Source: a virus
Taxonomy: Duplodnaviria > Caudoviricetes
Direction: 5' to 3' (one strand)
Length of the DNA: 64,000 nucleotides
Virus record (IMG/VR): IMGVR_UViG_3300047375_000738
Position 1 is the stretch's first letter. The number at the start of each line of letters is the position of its first letter. Below, one piece after another: positions 1 to 12,900 of the stretch. The notes under the pieces are model-generated. The model searched no databases. It was not told the DNA's origin and saw only the letters and a program-made list of their open reading frames with translations. Both the position numbers and the translations under genes were made by a program.

Positions 1-446
1 AATCCAGTGCCGTTACCAGGAGATAGTGTAATGTTAGTTGATACTCCGCTGCTTACACTCATAATAACTCGTAATTTTGCATACCTATTTGTAGGCCATC
101 CAACAAACGATACTGTCATGATATTACCTGCTGGTGCAGTAGCATTAAATTGATGTACATGTGCATCTCTATAGTCTACTTCGTGATCGGCTGTTAGTGT
201 TTGACTACTGTTGTTAAACTTTTCAGTGACTTGTAACAGTTCAGCATCTTGGATTTCGTTGCCAACATGATTATTATCTGCATCAATTCTAGCACGATTT
301 GCTTGTAGTGCTGTAATCTCTGATCCAGCAGTTGTTATGTTTGTTTTTATACTATTAAAGTTGTCGCGAAATCCTTGGCTATCGTTGTCGATACCTGCCA
401 CTGGATAATCTGCGTCAATTGTACTTGTGTCTATGCTGCTTGCCAT
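1..446 (-). CDS. Virion structural protein, 3'-truncated by window edge (MASSIDTSTIDADYPVAGIDNDSQGFRDNF...)
   Basis: Hand-translated from ATG at 446; AATAAATA late-promoter motif at 466-473; sits in the structural cluster. Not in the ORF track because no stop lies in the window. Confidence 0.75.
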   Translation of the reverse strand, partial: MASSIDTSTIDADYPVAGIDNDSQGFRDNFNSIKTNITTAGSEITALQANRARIDADNNHVGNEIQDAELLQVTEKFNNSSQTLTADHEVDYRDAHVHQFNATAPAGNIMTVSFVGWPTNRYAKLRVIMSVSSGVSTNITLSPGNGTG

Positions 447-477
447 GTTATTTCCTCTGCTATACTATTTATTCTCG

Positions 478-3400
478 TTAGCTGTTAAATTGATAATTAC
501 CGAATACAATATATTGATCTTCGGATGATTCTGTAGTTGCATTAACAATGTATCGATCAATATCGTAATCTAGTTTGTTAAATGCAAAACCTACTGTGTT
601 ATTTTTTATAAAGTTATTTACATTTGCAAGCATCTGTGTGCCTTCGCCTGGTTTTGTGTACACCAAAGGCACTGCAAATGTATATCCTAATTCACGTAAA
701 CTTCCATCCTGTGCAGTTTGCATCCAAATTGGTAAAAAATCTTTACTAGTTTCACCTACTGCATTAAGATTAGATCTCATTTTTTCAATGTTACTAATAT
801 AAGTCCTAGCGTCCGAACCTTCACTAACTGCTACAGCATCACTATCAATTTTTATGGTAGTCCAGTCAGGACGTAGTCGCCAAGTTTCTTCTAATCCGTC
901 AACTGTTGTTGTACTTGCTACTGGAATAAGATTAACAGCACCGTTGCGTTTGATTATACTAATATTACCAACTGCATTTATTTTTACTGTTGCGCCACCA
1001 CGTTTGATTACAGTTAATTCTCCTGTTTTTAAATCTAGCTTAAATGTAGTATTGTCTTTTCGAATAACACTCAAACCTACACCACCGGCACCACCACTAA
1101 AACTATCGTCAATTGGTTCATACGATACACTGTCAACTGTAATTGCTTTTCCACTATTTGGTGATATAAAGTTATCTCTTGTTTCGCCCTTTGATGGCAA
1201 TGCAGGATCGACCATTTCGATGTATACAACTTCGTACAAAACAGTATCAGTACCAGGTTTCTTTGCTACTGCTTTTTTGATGTCTCCAAAGTAATACTGT
1301 TTTCTTTTAACACCTTTTACACTTGCACTTACATAATCGCCAATACTCTTTTGTTCAATACCAGCAAAAATTAAACTACGTAGTTCTTTTTGTACGCCAA
1401 AATTTGGATCGCTCGGTCTATATAAACTTTGTGGTGTAAACACAGTAGTATTATTTAATAATTGATTAATTGTGCGCCTTTGGACTTTTGGTAAAAATGG
1501 CTTCATATACAAATTGCTATATTCATTGGTATCAAGCGTATCAATATTAATTGTAAATTCTTGAGAGATGTTTGTATTTGCAAATCTATCTCTTGCTAAC
1601 ACTGTAAACTTAAATGTTCGATCAAATGTTTGAGTATTGCCGTCAAATGTAGTATTTTGTGTATCAAACTTTGTAAGTCCGGGATTATCTACTGTACCAA
1701 TACTTGGAAATCTTCCTGAAATTTCGCCAGTTGTAGCAAGTGTCATTCCGTATGGTAATGTACCGCCTATTAATGCATAACTTAATACAGCTGATGCATA
1801 TGTGCTGGTTGCACTTACACTAAACAAACTATCTCTATTTGGTTTGATACTTCCAATTAGTGCAGGAGTATTCCAACTTAGTACACTATCAATTTCTCCA
1901 AGAATTTGAATTGTAAATGTTTTAATTTTTTCTTGTATGTTGCTTTCGTCTTTGGTAAAACTTTTTTCAAAGTTTCCTCCTCGTACAGCACCAAAGCTAA
2001 TATTTCGACCAACATTGTATGTTCTTTGTAGAACTTTATCAATCTTTACTCTTTGGTATTCTGCATTTTTTGTAATATTAATTGGCGCACTATCAGCTGT
2101 ATGAAATAGTTCTCTAATGTATGTAGCATTACTAGAATTAGCTGTTAATGGCACCTGCATTTCTACTTGGTATACTCCAGCTGCTCCTGTTGTAACTACA
2201 ATGTATGCTGGCAAGTCTCCTTGTTTTAATAAGTTTTCTAACCCGTCAATAAGACTAACCCCAGCACTATCATCAAAAGAATTTGTAACCAATTCGAGCG
2301 AGTTGGTTGGATCAACACTAACAGTATATTTTACATAATCGTTTATACTATTGATGGTATATGTTTCAGTATCGCTATAAATTATATCCTGTCCATTGTA
2401 GAATAGCAAATCTGCTGTGCCTAGCTTGTTAATATAGAAATAATCATTAGCACCAGAAGGTTCAGCTACAACCAAAGGATTATATTTGTAAAATGGATCA
2501 AGCCCTCTGTTTAGTGTTACAGTGTCAAATTCAGCATTATCGTCATTTACACCTTCAATTCTATAATTACGTCCTTCAATTTCAACATCTTCTCCTACCA
2601 GTTCTACTAGGTCGTCTATCCCATCTGTTAAGTCTGTGCTTAGTTTTGCAATTTTAATTGTTTGTGTGCCAGCTAACATATCTTCATAGAACGTACCGAA
2701 CACAGTAACAATACCAGTGTCTTCATTATAGCGTAGCGCACTAACTGTAAAATTATATTCTTTTGTAACTGCTGGCTGATAAGGAATAATACCTGCTACT
2801 TCTCCAGTTGCAGGATCTAAATCAAGTCCAGGAGGCAGTTCACTTACGCTTTCAGCTTTTACTACTGTAAATTCGTCAGTTGTAATTGGATCTGCTACAA
2901 ATTGTTCATTGAGACTATCTGGTCCACGTTTGCTTACAGGAAAATATGGAAGTATGCCACTAAGTTCATAGTAACCTTCGGTTATTTCACCTGTTGCAGT
3001 TAGTTTATACTGTCCTGGGTTACGCTGCTTCTTTTGATATACTAAAGCACCACTAACATCAGGTTGTACTACTGTTTCTAAAAACAGAGTTGTATAGTTG
3101 TTTGCTCTACGTTTTCCTAAATCGCTTGGTGTTACCCATATTGGAATTCTTTCAAAGGTAATATCGGCAGTAAACACACCAGTACTAACTTCCATAAGTG
3201 TATTGTCTGCTTTTGTAAAATCATCACCTACAACATATATTGTAAATTGTCGTGAGTTTATTGCAGTGCCGTCTGTTACAGTTACAACAAAAGTGTAACG
3301 TCTGTTAAGTTTGCGTGGCGGCTGCACTAAGTCAACATTTGTTAAATCTACATCGCCGTAGTAGTAACTTTCAATTCTGTCATCTGCAGATGCGCCCCAG

Positions 3401-3981
3401 TCAAACACATTAGTACCGTATCTACCTGCATCGTAACCTAGTCTAATTTCATTAATATCTAATGCACGTAATGGATCAACTACACCCGAAATACGTCCAG
3501 CACTATTCATTGATAATCCTGGAGGTAGTGTATTCTGTCCTGCAGTACTGCCGTCACCTAATATGTATTCAAGTGTTTCGCCAGCAGCTACATCTAAGTC
3601 AATTGCTTCAAGTTGAAAATCAATTGGTGAACTGTCTAATATAAAATAAACACCATTAGGACCAACAGGTAAGTTGCCTTCGGCTGTTACCCAAACTGGC
3701 TCGTCGTATCCATCTACTGTAAGTTTTAGTGTACGGTCAGCAATTTTAGTATCACCTGTGGCACGTATACAGAATGCACTTGTTTTGATACTTTTTACAT
3801 TATACGGAGTTCCGACTATTTGATTGTTTTCTATTCTTAATCCGTCGGGTAATGCACCACTAATAACTTTTGTAGTTATACCAGTTGTATCCACAAGAGG
3901 TAAGTCAATAGCAATAGTTTGTCTTTCTTGTAGTGTACCTAGGCTACTGCCGTTGATTACGCTCCATTGTGGCTCAGCCAT
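478..3981 (-). CDS. Baseplate/tail structural protein with putative Ig (He_PIG-like) repeats
   Basis: Repeated LPxG(L/M)x...G.I.G motifs (LPDGLRIENNQIVG, LPPGLSMNSAGRISG, LPPGLDLDPATGEVAG, LPYGMTLATTGEISG); structural context. Confidence 0.7.
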   Translation of the reverse strand: MAEPQWSVINGSSLGTLQERQTIAIDLPLVDTTGITTKVISGALPDGLRIENNQIVGTPYNVKSIKTSAFCIRATGDTKIADRTLKLTVDGYDEPVWVTAEGNLPVGPNGVYFILDSSPIDFQLEAIDLDVAAGETLEYILGDGSTAGQNTLPPGLSMNSAGRISGVVDPLRALDINEIRLGYDAGRYGTNVFDWGASADDRIESYYYGDVDLTNVDLVQPPRKLNRRYTFVVTVTDGTAINSRQFTIYVVGDDFTKADNTLMEVSTGVFTADITFERIPIWVTPSDLGKRRANNYTTLFLETVVQPDVSGALVYQKKQRNPGQYKLTATGEITEGYYELSGILPYFPVSKRGPDSLNEQFVADPITTDEFTVVKAESVSELPPGLDLDPATGEVAGIIPYQPAVTKEYNFTVSALRYNEDTGIVTVFGTFYEDMLAGTQTIKIAKLSTDLTDGIDDLVELVGEDVEIEGRNYRIEGVNDDNAEFDTVTLNRGLDPFYKYNPLVVAEPSGANDYFYINKLGTADLLFYNGQDIIYSDTETYTINSINDYVKYTVSVDPTNSLELVTNSFDDSAGVSLIDGLENLLKQGDLPAYIVVTTGAAGVYQVEMQVPLTANSSNATYIRELFHTADSAPINITKNAEYQRVKIDKVLQRTYNVGRNISFGAVRGGNFEKSFTKDESNIQEKIKTFTIQILGEIDSVLSWNTPALIGSIKPNRDSLFSVSATSTYASAVLSYALIGGTLPYGMTLATTGEISGRFPSIGTVDNPGLTKFDTQNTTFDGNTQTFDRTFKFTVLARDRFANTNISQEFTINIDTLDTNEYSNLYMKPFLPKVQRRTINQLLNNTTVFTPQSLYRPSDPNFGVQKELRSLIFAGIEQKSIGDYVSASVKGVKRKQYYFGDIKKAVAKKPGTDTVLYEVVYIEMVDPALPSKGETRDNFISPNSGKAITVDSVSYEPIDDSFSGGAGGVGLSVIRKDNTTFKLDLKTGELTVIKRGGATVKINAVGNISIIKRNGAVNLIPVASTTTVDGLEETWRLRPDWTTIKIDSDAVAVSEGSDARTYISNIEKMRSNLNAVGETSKDFLPIWMQTAQDGSLRELGYTFAVPLVYTKPGEGTQMLANVNNFIKNNTVGFAFNKLDYDIDRYIVNATTESSEDQYIVFGNYQFNS

Positions 3982-3990
3982 ATGACCCCC

Positions 3991-4737
3991 TTAAATACTT
4001 CCGCCGTCAATACCACCTGACGCTGGAGTTGTGATAGTTCCTAAATCTACAATTTGATTTCCTAAAAACCATTGTAGTTGCCCTTCGTATGTAGCAGTAA
4101 TTGAACCAATGTCCCAAGTTAAAAATCTGCCTAAATTTTCTTCGTATGCTACTGAATTAGTACTAGTAGTTCTAATATTAGTTGGTGCAAGTGTACTAAT
4201 TGATCCGGTGCCACTTACAGTAAGTGTTGCTGTCAATGCACTAGTCGAACTTAGATTGTTTACACCTGTGATATTTTGACTATTAGCATCTAAACTTGCA
4301 CCAAGTGTTGGACTAGTATCCTGCTCAAGTGCAGCATCAATAATAATTTGAGGGTTTGGACTAGCATTAGCATCTGCTCTAGTTTCAACTCCGTCGCCGC
4401 CATAGATTGCCCAGCTACTTCCGTTTCCTAATAGTATACTGCCTACATCACTAATCACAGCACTTTGCTGTACAGGGTCACTACCGTCAATAACAATAGT
4501 ATTGTCTAGTTCTGTTAGATTAATGTTACTACCGCCGATTAGATTTCTAAATCTTAAACTGTTGGCTACTTTGTCTTTGTAAACACTACTTCCTGAAGCG
4601 CCAAGACTTAATCCATCGGTTGCCTGCACTGCTTCAAGGTCTGCAAAATTGTTGTTTACCTTAATAAATGCTTCTCGGAGATCGTCGCCTGTTCCGTCGT
4701 TTGCTGCATTACCTATGTTAATTGTTTGTACTGCCAT
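3991..4737 (-). CDS. Baseplate wedge/fibre-attachment protein with T4 gp9/gp10-like N-terminus
   Basis: N-terminus QTINIGNAANDGTGDDLREAFIKVNNNF. Confidence 0.75.
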   Translation of the reverse strand: MAVQTINIGNAANDGTGDDLREAFIKVNNNFADLEAVQATDGLSLGASGSSVYKDKVANSLRFRNLIGGSNINLTELDNTIVIDGSDPVQQSAVISDVGSILLGNGSSWAIYGGDGVETRADANASPNPQIIIDAALEQDTSPTLGASLDANSQNITGVNNLSSTSALTATLTVSGTGSISTLAPTNIRTTSTNSVAYEENLGRFLTWDIGSITATYEGQLQWFLGNQIVDLGTITTPASGGIDGGSI

Positions 4738-4750
4738 CTAAATCTCCTCT

Positions 4751-6388
4751 TTAATTTGTTGCAACTTCTAGCCAAGAATTATTTAAAAATACCATTAGTG
4801 CTTGGCTGCCATCGCCGATTGGATCCCAGGCTTGCCCGTCGGCTATTGCCATCATTCCTATAAAGGTATCATCTGCATTCGGCGTTCCGCCGATAGGTGG
4901 AATAAATGTAGCCCACCCGCCGGTAACAAGACCGTTGCCTGCTGCGTTAACAAAATCTCTACCACTAAGATATATTTGGTGATATCCGTGTGTACTATTG
5001 TACATATATGTACCTTCTGACGGGCTACTTGGTCTTTGTGCATCTGTGCCGCCGCCACTTTGGGCAAGTTCTACATAATTTGCACGAACACGTATTCCAG
5101 CTCCTGCTTCAAATGTGATTGTTCCTGATGCGTTGTTGTTGTCAATTTGTAAATTAGCTGTGTCTGCTATAATTCCACCTAAGCTAACATTTCCGCTAAT
5201 GTAAGCTGAAGCAAATTCGTTACTGGCATCGCCTAAGCCAATATTTGCAGCAGGACTTAATGTTGCACTTACACCAATAGTATTTCCTGAATCTAATACT
5301 AAGTTGCCGGTGCCGCCAATAGTCATGGTGTTACCACCTGCGGTATCAATACTAAATGCATTAGAGTGGTTAAAAGAAAGACCGCCGGTGTTAAGTTGCA
5401 TATCAGTAGCAATAATTTGTCCACTACTCGTTATTGCACCTGTTCCAATTGATAGTGCTGTGGTAGAACCTAGTTGGAGAACATCGTCGAGTGTTTGAGT
5501 TTCAGAAGTTAAAAATCCTAGTAAGTTAGTTGCACCATTATATGGTGTATATCCAATTGCTGTTACAACTTCACTAGCATCAATATAACCATTTGGGTTA
5601 GTAGTGCCGTTGTATGGTGTATATCCTAAGGCAGTTGTTACATCTGCTTCGGCGATACCTGTGATATATCCAGCTGGGTTAGTGTTATTGTATGGTGTGT
5701 AACCTAAAGCATCTGTAATACCTATTGCAGTATTGATAAATCCATCTGGGTTAGTAGCATTGTAAGGAGTAAACCCTAGTGCGCCAGTAATTTGAGTGCC
5801 AGTTAACCCATCTAAAATACTTGCAGTTGTAATAGTAGTTAAATTTTCTTCGGTAGCATTTACAACTACTAATTGATCTGCTCTTCCATCAAATGTAAAG
5901 CCATCACTTAAACTTTCAAATGTACCGCCTGCTAACAAGCCACCGTTGTCTGTAAGATCAGCAAGGTCTGTCGGGATCAATCCATCAGTGTCGCCAAGTT
6001 GATTAAGGTCAATTGGAATAAATGGTTTGTTAATTAAGTCATTATAGTCACCAGTAAATCCGCCACCTAATAATCCATCTGTATCAGCTAACTGATTAAC
6101 GTCTACCGGAATAGTTGGAGCATCTAATAGATTATTAAAACTAACTTGTTCTAGTAATGGTAATCCTCCAACAGTATAAGTAAGTGCTTCAATTGTTCCG
6201 CTAACAGTTGCATTAGTTGCTAACACAAGCGGCGCTGTTAGTGTACCGCCTGCTGTAATGCCACCTGTTGTGCTTAGTGAGGATAACCCAGTTAAGTTAT
6301 TGCCAGTAAGATCTAAATCATCACCGACTGGCAGTTCTCTCAACTGGTTGTTTGTTTCATCTAATATTAGTGGAAATCTACTTGCCAT
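4751..6388 (-). CDS. Tail fibre-like structural protein with internal repeats
   Basis: G/T/D-rich, four ALGYTPYN..TNP.G(Y/F)I repeats, structural context. Confidence 0.65.
   Translation of the reverse strand: MASRFPLILDETNNQLRELPVGDDLDLTGNNLTGLSSLSTTGGITAGGTLTAPLVLATNATVSGTIEALTYTVGGLPLLEQVSFNNLLDAPTIPVDVNQLADTDGLLGGGFTGDYNDLINKPFIPIDLNQLGDTDGLIPTDLADLTDNGGLLAGGTFESLSDGFTFDGRADQLVVVNATEENLTTITTASILDGLTGTQITGALGFTPYNATNPDGFINTAIGITDALGYTPYNNTNPAGYITGIAEADVTTALGYTPYNGTTNPNGYIDASEVVTAIGYTPYNGATNLLGFLTSETQTLDDVLQLGSTTALSIGTGAITSSGQIIATDMQLNTGGLSFNHSNAFSIDTAGGNTMTIGGTGNLVLDSGNTIGVSATLSPAANIGLGDASNEFASAYISGNVSLGGIIADTANLQIDNNNASGTITFEAGAGIRVRANYVELAQSGGGTDAQRPSSPSEGTYMYNSTHGYHQIYLSGRDFVNAAGNGLVTGGWATFIPPIGGTPNADDTFIGMMAIADGQAWDPIGDGSQALMVFLNNSWLEVATN
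5510..5795 (-). repeat. Four imperfect coding tandem repeats (~23-26 aa, ITxALGYTPYNxTNPxGYI)
   Basis: Visible in the translation of 4751..6388. Confidence 0.8.
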
Positions 6389-6434
6389 TCTCGTATCCTT
6401 GTATTGTTATGTATATTTATCGTAGTTGGTATCG

Positions 6435-6959
6435 TCATGTCCAATAGTACCAAGCAGTGCCGTCCCAAACAAATTCCGCAGACTGGGCAATACCAACTTC
6501 ACGTTGTGATGCTGCTTGTACTCCGCCTGCTTCAAAAATATTTCCGCTGATCTTTGTTGCACCGGCGAGCCCGCCATTCCAAGCGTCAACAAATCTTATT
6601 ATTTGACCAACATATGCACCACTTCCTATATCTGCATATATATTTACTGACGGAGTGCCTTTGATTATATATGTTGAATTAGTAGTGTTATCTAGTATTG
6701 TAGGATTTACGCTATCTGTACTAAATCCTGTATCAGCCGGAACTAATACTACACCTGCAGGTCTATGACCATCAGTAATTCCATAACCTGCTATTGTAGT
6801 TGGTTTTCCTGTAAGAGAACTAAACGCACCGTCAAAATTGGAAGTATCTGCTGTATACAGTTCATCAAAGTTATCATTGATTTTATCAAATGCTGTGCGT
6901 AACGGATCACCATCACCTTTGTTTACTGATGATCCAATGTTTATTGTTTGCTTAGCCAT
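6435..6959 (-). CDS. Short fibre/baseplate protein: gp9/gp10-like N-terminus plus KPTTIAGYGITD tail-fibre repeat
   Basis: MAKQTINIGSSVNKGDGDPLRTAFDKINDNF; KPTTIAGYGITD. Confidence 0.7.
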   Translation of the reverse strand: MAKQTINIGSSVNKGDGDPLRTAFDKINDNFDELYTADTSNFDGAFSSLTGKPTTIAGYGITDGHRPAGVVLVPADTGFSTDSVNPTILDNTTNSTYIIKGTPSVNIYADIGSGAYVGQIIRFVDAWNGGLAGATKISGNIFEAGGVQAASQREVGIAQSAEFVWDGTAWYYWT

Positions 6960-9900
6960 TATACTCTCCCTACCACAACTTCAACAATGCCGTAGCCGTC
7001 GTCACCTTTAGTACCAACTGCTTTACCAAGTACTTGACCAACACCCGGAGTGTTATTAACAATAGCATATCCTTCTTTTGCTGCTGTTACTAACATATCG
7101 CCTTTTTCTACTTTTCCTAATACCTTACACGGAACTCTACCCTGTAGTGCTACACCAACTACTGTGTCGCCTTCTAGTGCGCTGTTCATCAAGTGAGCTG
7201 GATTGGTTGTTACAACACCAGCAATTCTATGATCAGATTTTGTATTAGTTGTAGTAACTTCAGCTTCTCCTCCAAATACTAGTACAGTTCCTGGTTCGTA
7301 TGCTACATCACCTACATAGTTTTCTGCTAAGTCAGCATATAGTGCTTCGGTAGCAGTACCATTAAATGTTTGTGCATATATTGTGTTGAATCTATCTGTA
7401 CTTGTACCAATAGTACTGCCGTTGTCAGTACCACTGCCGTTGCCAGCACCTCTATATCCGCCTGGAGCAGTTACAGTTTTTGATGCTGCTAGTGTTAAGT
7501 CACCACCGCCTGCAATATCGCCACCAATTGTTAGTTTGTTTGTACTTGGATTATATGCTACACCAGCGTCAGTTTTTATTGTTTCGTTTGCTGCTGAGGC
7601 ATTTGCACTATCTACAAATGTAAGATAATGTGTTGCGTTAGTAGTATTGTTTATTGTTTTGACTTGATCAGCACTATCAGCGTTACCAGTTAGTTCACCT
7701 GTGCTAACATCTAATATCAGGCTAGTACCGTCGTAAATATCGCCATCAACATTAGCTGCAATTTTATTTGGCAGACTAACTGTGAAAGTTGGTGAACCTG
7801 CTATCGGTGAAGAATCGGCAAAATTTACACTTACTTCATTTGCAGTACCTTGGATAGTAACTGAGTTGCCTAATGCAGTGGCTACAGTTGACGATCCATC
7901 TCCAAACGTAATTGAACTGTTACTTAGTTTTGCGTTTGTAATACTACCAGCTAGTTGTGCATTACTTACACCAAGTGCTTTAATGCTTACATATCCACTT
8001 GCTGAGCCAAAGTCTGCATTGTTAAAACTTGCTATACCTTTTACGGCTGTCCCGGAGGTTGCTGCTGCTGTAGCATCGCTTAAAGAAAGTTTACTCTGTG
8101 CAATAGCTGCACTTGCATTTACGTCTGCGTTTACAATAGCACCTGCGGTAATCTGACCTTCTAGAAAGCCACTAGTTCCATTTAGTGTTAGACTAATATC
8201 GGTGTTGGCAGCATCTGTATCAAACGGTGCATCAATCCAGTTGTTTGCTGAATCGTCATATACTAAGAAAGCAGCATCAACTGGGCTTGTAATATCAGTA
8301 TCTTCAAGTTCAGCTAGTGTATCGTATGCTTCGTCTCCTGCGTCTACATATGCCTTTGTTGCTGCGTCACTTCCACTAGTTGGTGCAGCAAGGTCGTTAA
8401 TTTGCTGACCGCCCATACGCAGATCACCTGCCATTGGTACTGCACCTGATAGTGCTAAAAAGCCACCAGTTGTTTGTGGAATAATTTCAGCACCAGATAT
8501 CACTGTACCGTTGCGGTCCATGCCTAGTCGTCTATCAATATATCCTTCAACTGCTGTTTCAACTGGTACAGCATCTGCTGTAGCATTTGTAAATGTACTG
8601 TCTGCACTAAATTCGTTTACACGTACACCACGTTTAAAGCCAATACCGTCAATGTTTGTTAGAACAAGTGCAGCATTAAATGTAATTCTACCTGTGCCCT
8701 GATCAACTGTAAAGAATCTACCTACACGGAAGAAACCGTCTTGGTCTGTACTTGCAAAGAAACAACGTCCTCTACTACGTTCTTGTACCTGTGCTTTACT
8801 TGCAAATCCTTCACTGTCTAAACTTTCTTCATCAGTAACTGGCGCAATCTTTGGACCACCAAAGATTCTATCAGGATAGTTACTACTATTGTATCCACCT
8901 GTACCAATATCCAAGAAGTCATGCGATGTAGCTCTACATGTACTGATATTAACTGTGATATTACCTGTTTCAGCTGATTGCAAGCCTGCTTGTAGTGTAA
9001 TATTATTACCTGCTGCACTACTTGCTCTAGCTGCTAGTCCTGCTCCGGCATATGTATCACTAATGTTGTACTTGTCTGTAAAGCTAATAATACCAAACTG
9101 TGTACTTGTTGCGCTATCTGTTACAACTTGATAGTTAGTAATAATATGTGTTTTACCTTGCCATGCAAATATCATGTCAACATCACTTGAGTTCAATCGA
9201 GCTTGATCATTTGCACTTAAAACTGTACTTACTGCAATGTGAGTATCACCTTGTGTATCGCCTAGTGTTGTACCACCGCTTAAACTATAAGTAGCTGGTG
9301 CCTGTGCAGCAAATGTATTGTTTACAACTAGATCAACATAATCAAAGTTATCATCAATTGTAATTCTAGTCTGTGCTCCTACTACTGGTATACCACCAGT
9401 AATAGTATTTTCAAATGCTAGTGTTCTGTAGGTTACAGTTTCTTGTTCGTTAAATATAAGTGCTGTACTTGGTCTTGTTACAACATCACTACTAACACCA
9501 TTTACAAATACGTTTTGTTGACTTGTTAGTACAGCGTTTGTAGCATGTGCAACATTAAACTGTAGACCAGTTGTTTCTGTAGCAACACCACCGCCTGTTC
9601 CACTAGTAAATTCAAGTCTCCATACTTTACTACCAATTAGACCGATAGAACCAATATCGTCAGTAATAGCACCGTTAGTATAATCTACTGGAATAGTTAT
9701 GCCAGTCTCACTTACGTTGATAACTTCGTATGGCTGGAATGTACCTTCGCTGTCGTCATGATGAATTTCAAGTTGCGATGCATTTAGAGGATAGTTTGTA
9801 GTATCGTAAATAAACGCACGTTGTACACCTTTTACAGCACCAAAGTCTCTATTGGTAATGCTTACAGGAGCACCATAGCTTTGATAAACTGTACCGTTAC

Positions 9901-12900
9901 CTCCGCCGTCTACGCCTGTTGCAACAAATGCTGTTCCTGGGTTGTTATTAGCTGCACCAACAGTGGTAAAGTCTGATGTTCCTTGTGTACCAATTACGTA
10001 GCGTGTTGCAGCTAGAAGCCCGCCGTCGTTTGTAACACTATTTGTTGTTAGTTCGTCAGTGTCGTTAAATGCATAATCATATCTTGTAGTTGCTGTAACA
10101 TGTCTATTTACACTTAGTATACTATTTGTATCATTATCGTCGTTAAAAATTACGGTTGCAAGAGCAGTATTACCTGTGGTTGTGTCGTATTGACGTATTA
10201 TCTGGCCACGTGCAATACCAGAACTATTGCCTGTTATTTCAACTTCTTGATCAACTGAGAATATTTTAACAGGTTGTACTAAGTCTTGTGCAAGTGAAAT
10301 AGTTTTTGCAACTTCATCTGGATCACTGCCTTCTGCAACCAGTCCGTAGTTACCATAACTGTTGTTACCTGTAAGCGAACGTATCTGGGCACCATTTAAT
10401 GATAGGTAGCCTGTGTGCGCATAGTATGTAAACACACTAACAAGTTCTGAAAGTCCGTTGTTTGTAACAACTACACCATAACCTAAATCGTTGACTTGTG
10501 TAAAGTCGTTTGCTAACATACTTTTGTTACCAGCACCTTGTAAAACAATATCAATTGGTCCACCTGCTGAGTCAATGTCGTCGTCTAAACCTGCGCCGCC
10601 ATTAGCTGCACTATCTAGTACAAGCGTTGCAGTAGCTTTTCCACTGCCGTTATCTGCAACATAATCAACAATAGCATTAACTTGATAACGTCTACCAAAC
10701 TCAAAGAAACTACAAGGAAGATTAGGTTTACGTTGTCCTAAAATACTTGTGTTTGGCGCTTCGATTTGAATACGGAAAGGATCGCTGTTACCGCCTTGAA
10801 TAACTGTAGCTGGCATATTGTAGCAATAACCGTCAATAAATATACCGCCTGCAAAAGTTTTAGCATTAATACTTCTACTAAATGAAGATCCTGTTTGTAC
10901 ATATGGCGAACGTGTAAAGATAGCACCTTCTGGATCTAGCACCATCATAAAGCCACCTTGTCGCTGTGCTGTAATATTTCTAATAATAGTGTTATCGTTA
11001 CACAGGAACATGTCCATTTCGTTGTTGTCTTTAGCAGCATTATAACCTGCATCAAACGCAAAAGATATAAAACTTACTAGAGCAGTTGCATTTGTATTTG
11101 CATTTGTTTCAGCTGTTAAGTTAGCATTTACAACTTGTCCTGTAACACCGCCAGCGCCTGCGTATGCTGTCTGTGCTAGTACACTTGTAATAATTGTTGC
11201 AATATTGTTAAATGCTGCTTCAGTCTTTGCTGCTGTAGCAACAACTGTATTTGCTAATGCAGTTTTTTGACTTATGCCACACTGTACTCTACCACCTGTG
11301 CGTAAATCAGCTTCAATACTGTCTACTATTTCGCCTACATCTCTTTCGGCATCTGCTTGTACGTATGAAGGCGGAGTGTTTGCAGCAATAAAACTAATAG
11401 TTCTATCAATAATAAATTGTCTGTTTAGACTTATTAAGTCTGCTGCTTCGTTAAACTTACCTGGGTTAGTTGCGCCAAAATTACTTATGTTTATGTCTGC
11501 TGCTGGATTTGTTAAGTAGTGTCTGCCATAGTATCCGTCAGTGTCACCTGTAAGATCGTTTACATATGCTTCACCACCGGTTGCAGTAGTATTACCATCG
11601 ATTGTAGCATCTCTATAAAAGAATGTATTGGCTGCTGAACTTAAACTCATACCTGGTGCTGGACGTACAAGACAACGTCTAAATTCGTCACCTTTGATAC
11701 TTACGTTAGCAGGTAATCTAATTGGCAACTGTTCTTCGTATGTGCCTGATTCAATACGTATACTAATCTGTTGTTTCTTAACAAATGCACCGTATTCAAT
11801 TTCTTCTTGTTCGATAAAATCAAACGGTAGTAGTAGTTTAACCTCGATAGTATCATATACCGGTGTACCAACTGTATCGACACCTCTACTATATTCTTGT
11901 ACAATACCAACAGCACCACTTTTCTTACCTCTAATAATTTTACCAGGAAAGATATCAATATTTGGCTCGTCTTCAGTTGGGTCGCCAGCTTGTGTTAAAA
12001 ATTTGTTATTACCACTACTAACATATACTTTATAATTGTTACTAGCTTCTACTAGTGTTGGATCAGCACTACTAGTATCGATAGTATCTAAAACATCGTC
12101 AAATCTAGCACTTGCTGCTAGATACCATTGATCAGACCCAAATCCGCTGCCAAGTGCAGTTGCAATAAATCCTAGTGCAGTAGTTTTAGCAAAACTAATT
12201 GCTGCAACAGTTTCGGTATACTGCCCGCCACCTGTTTGAGATATTGCAACTTCGCCACTAGCATTACTAAAGTAACGTAGCCCTGCATATCTACTTAGAT
12301 AGTTGTGTTTGACACTTACTGTACTTGCAAGAATATCCTTTTCGATACTGTCCAGTATCAGTCCTAAATCTCTTCTACATACTGCTTCGCTGTAAACAAA
12401 TGTAGGATATGTTGTTGCAATAAATGCAATAGTTTGATCAATAATTGCTTGTCTATTAGTATCAATTGCTGATGCTGTTGTAGTAGCTGCAACTGCTGGG
12501 GCTGTATACCCATTACTTGAATAGTTTGTAATTGTACCATTATTTAGACCAGTACCATCTGTGTATGTTAGTGTTTGTACATAAGGACCAATATCAATAT
12601 CTGCTGCTTCTTGTAATCTTTCAGCTCGTAAACATGCGCCGGCAATTGTTCTATAAGCATACTTCTCGCTACGTCCAGCCAATCCTGCGGGTGTTTCTGT
12701 TTGTAAATCATCACCGTTGATGTTTACATAAATATTTTCACTTTTACTGTACTGCTGTGCATCAACATAATATTTTGTTGCTGCCTGTAAATCATCTGCA
12801 CCAGCCGGAGTTCCTGCTCCTGCAAATGGCTGTGGATGATCGTGCAATGTCAACGCACCTGTCATGGTGTCGCCTTCACGTCTAGTTATGCTTTTACGTG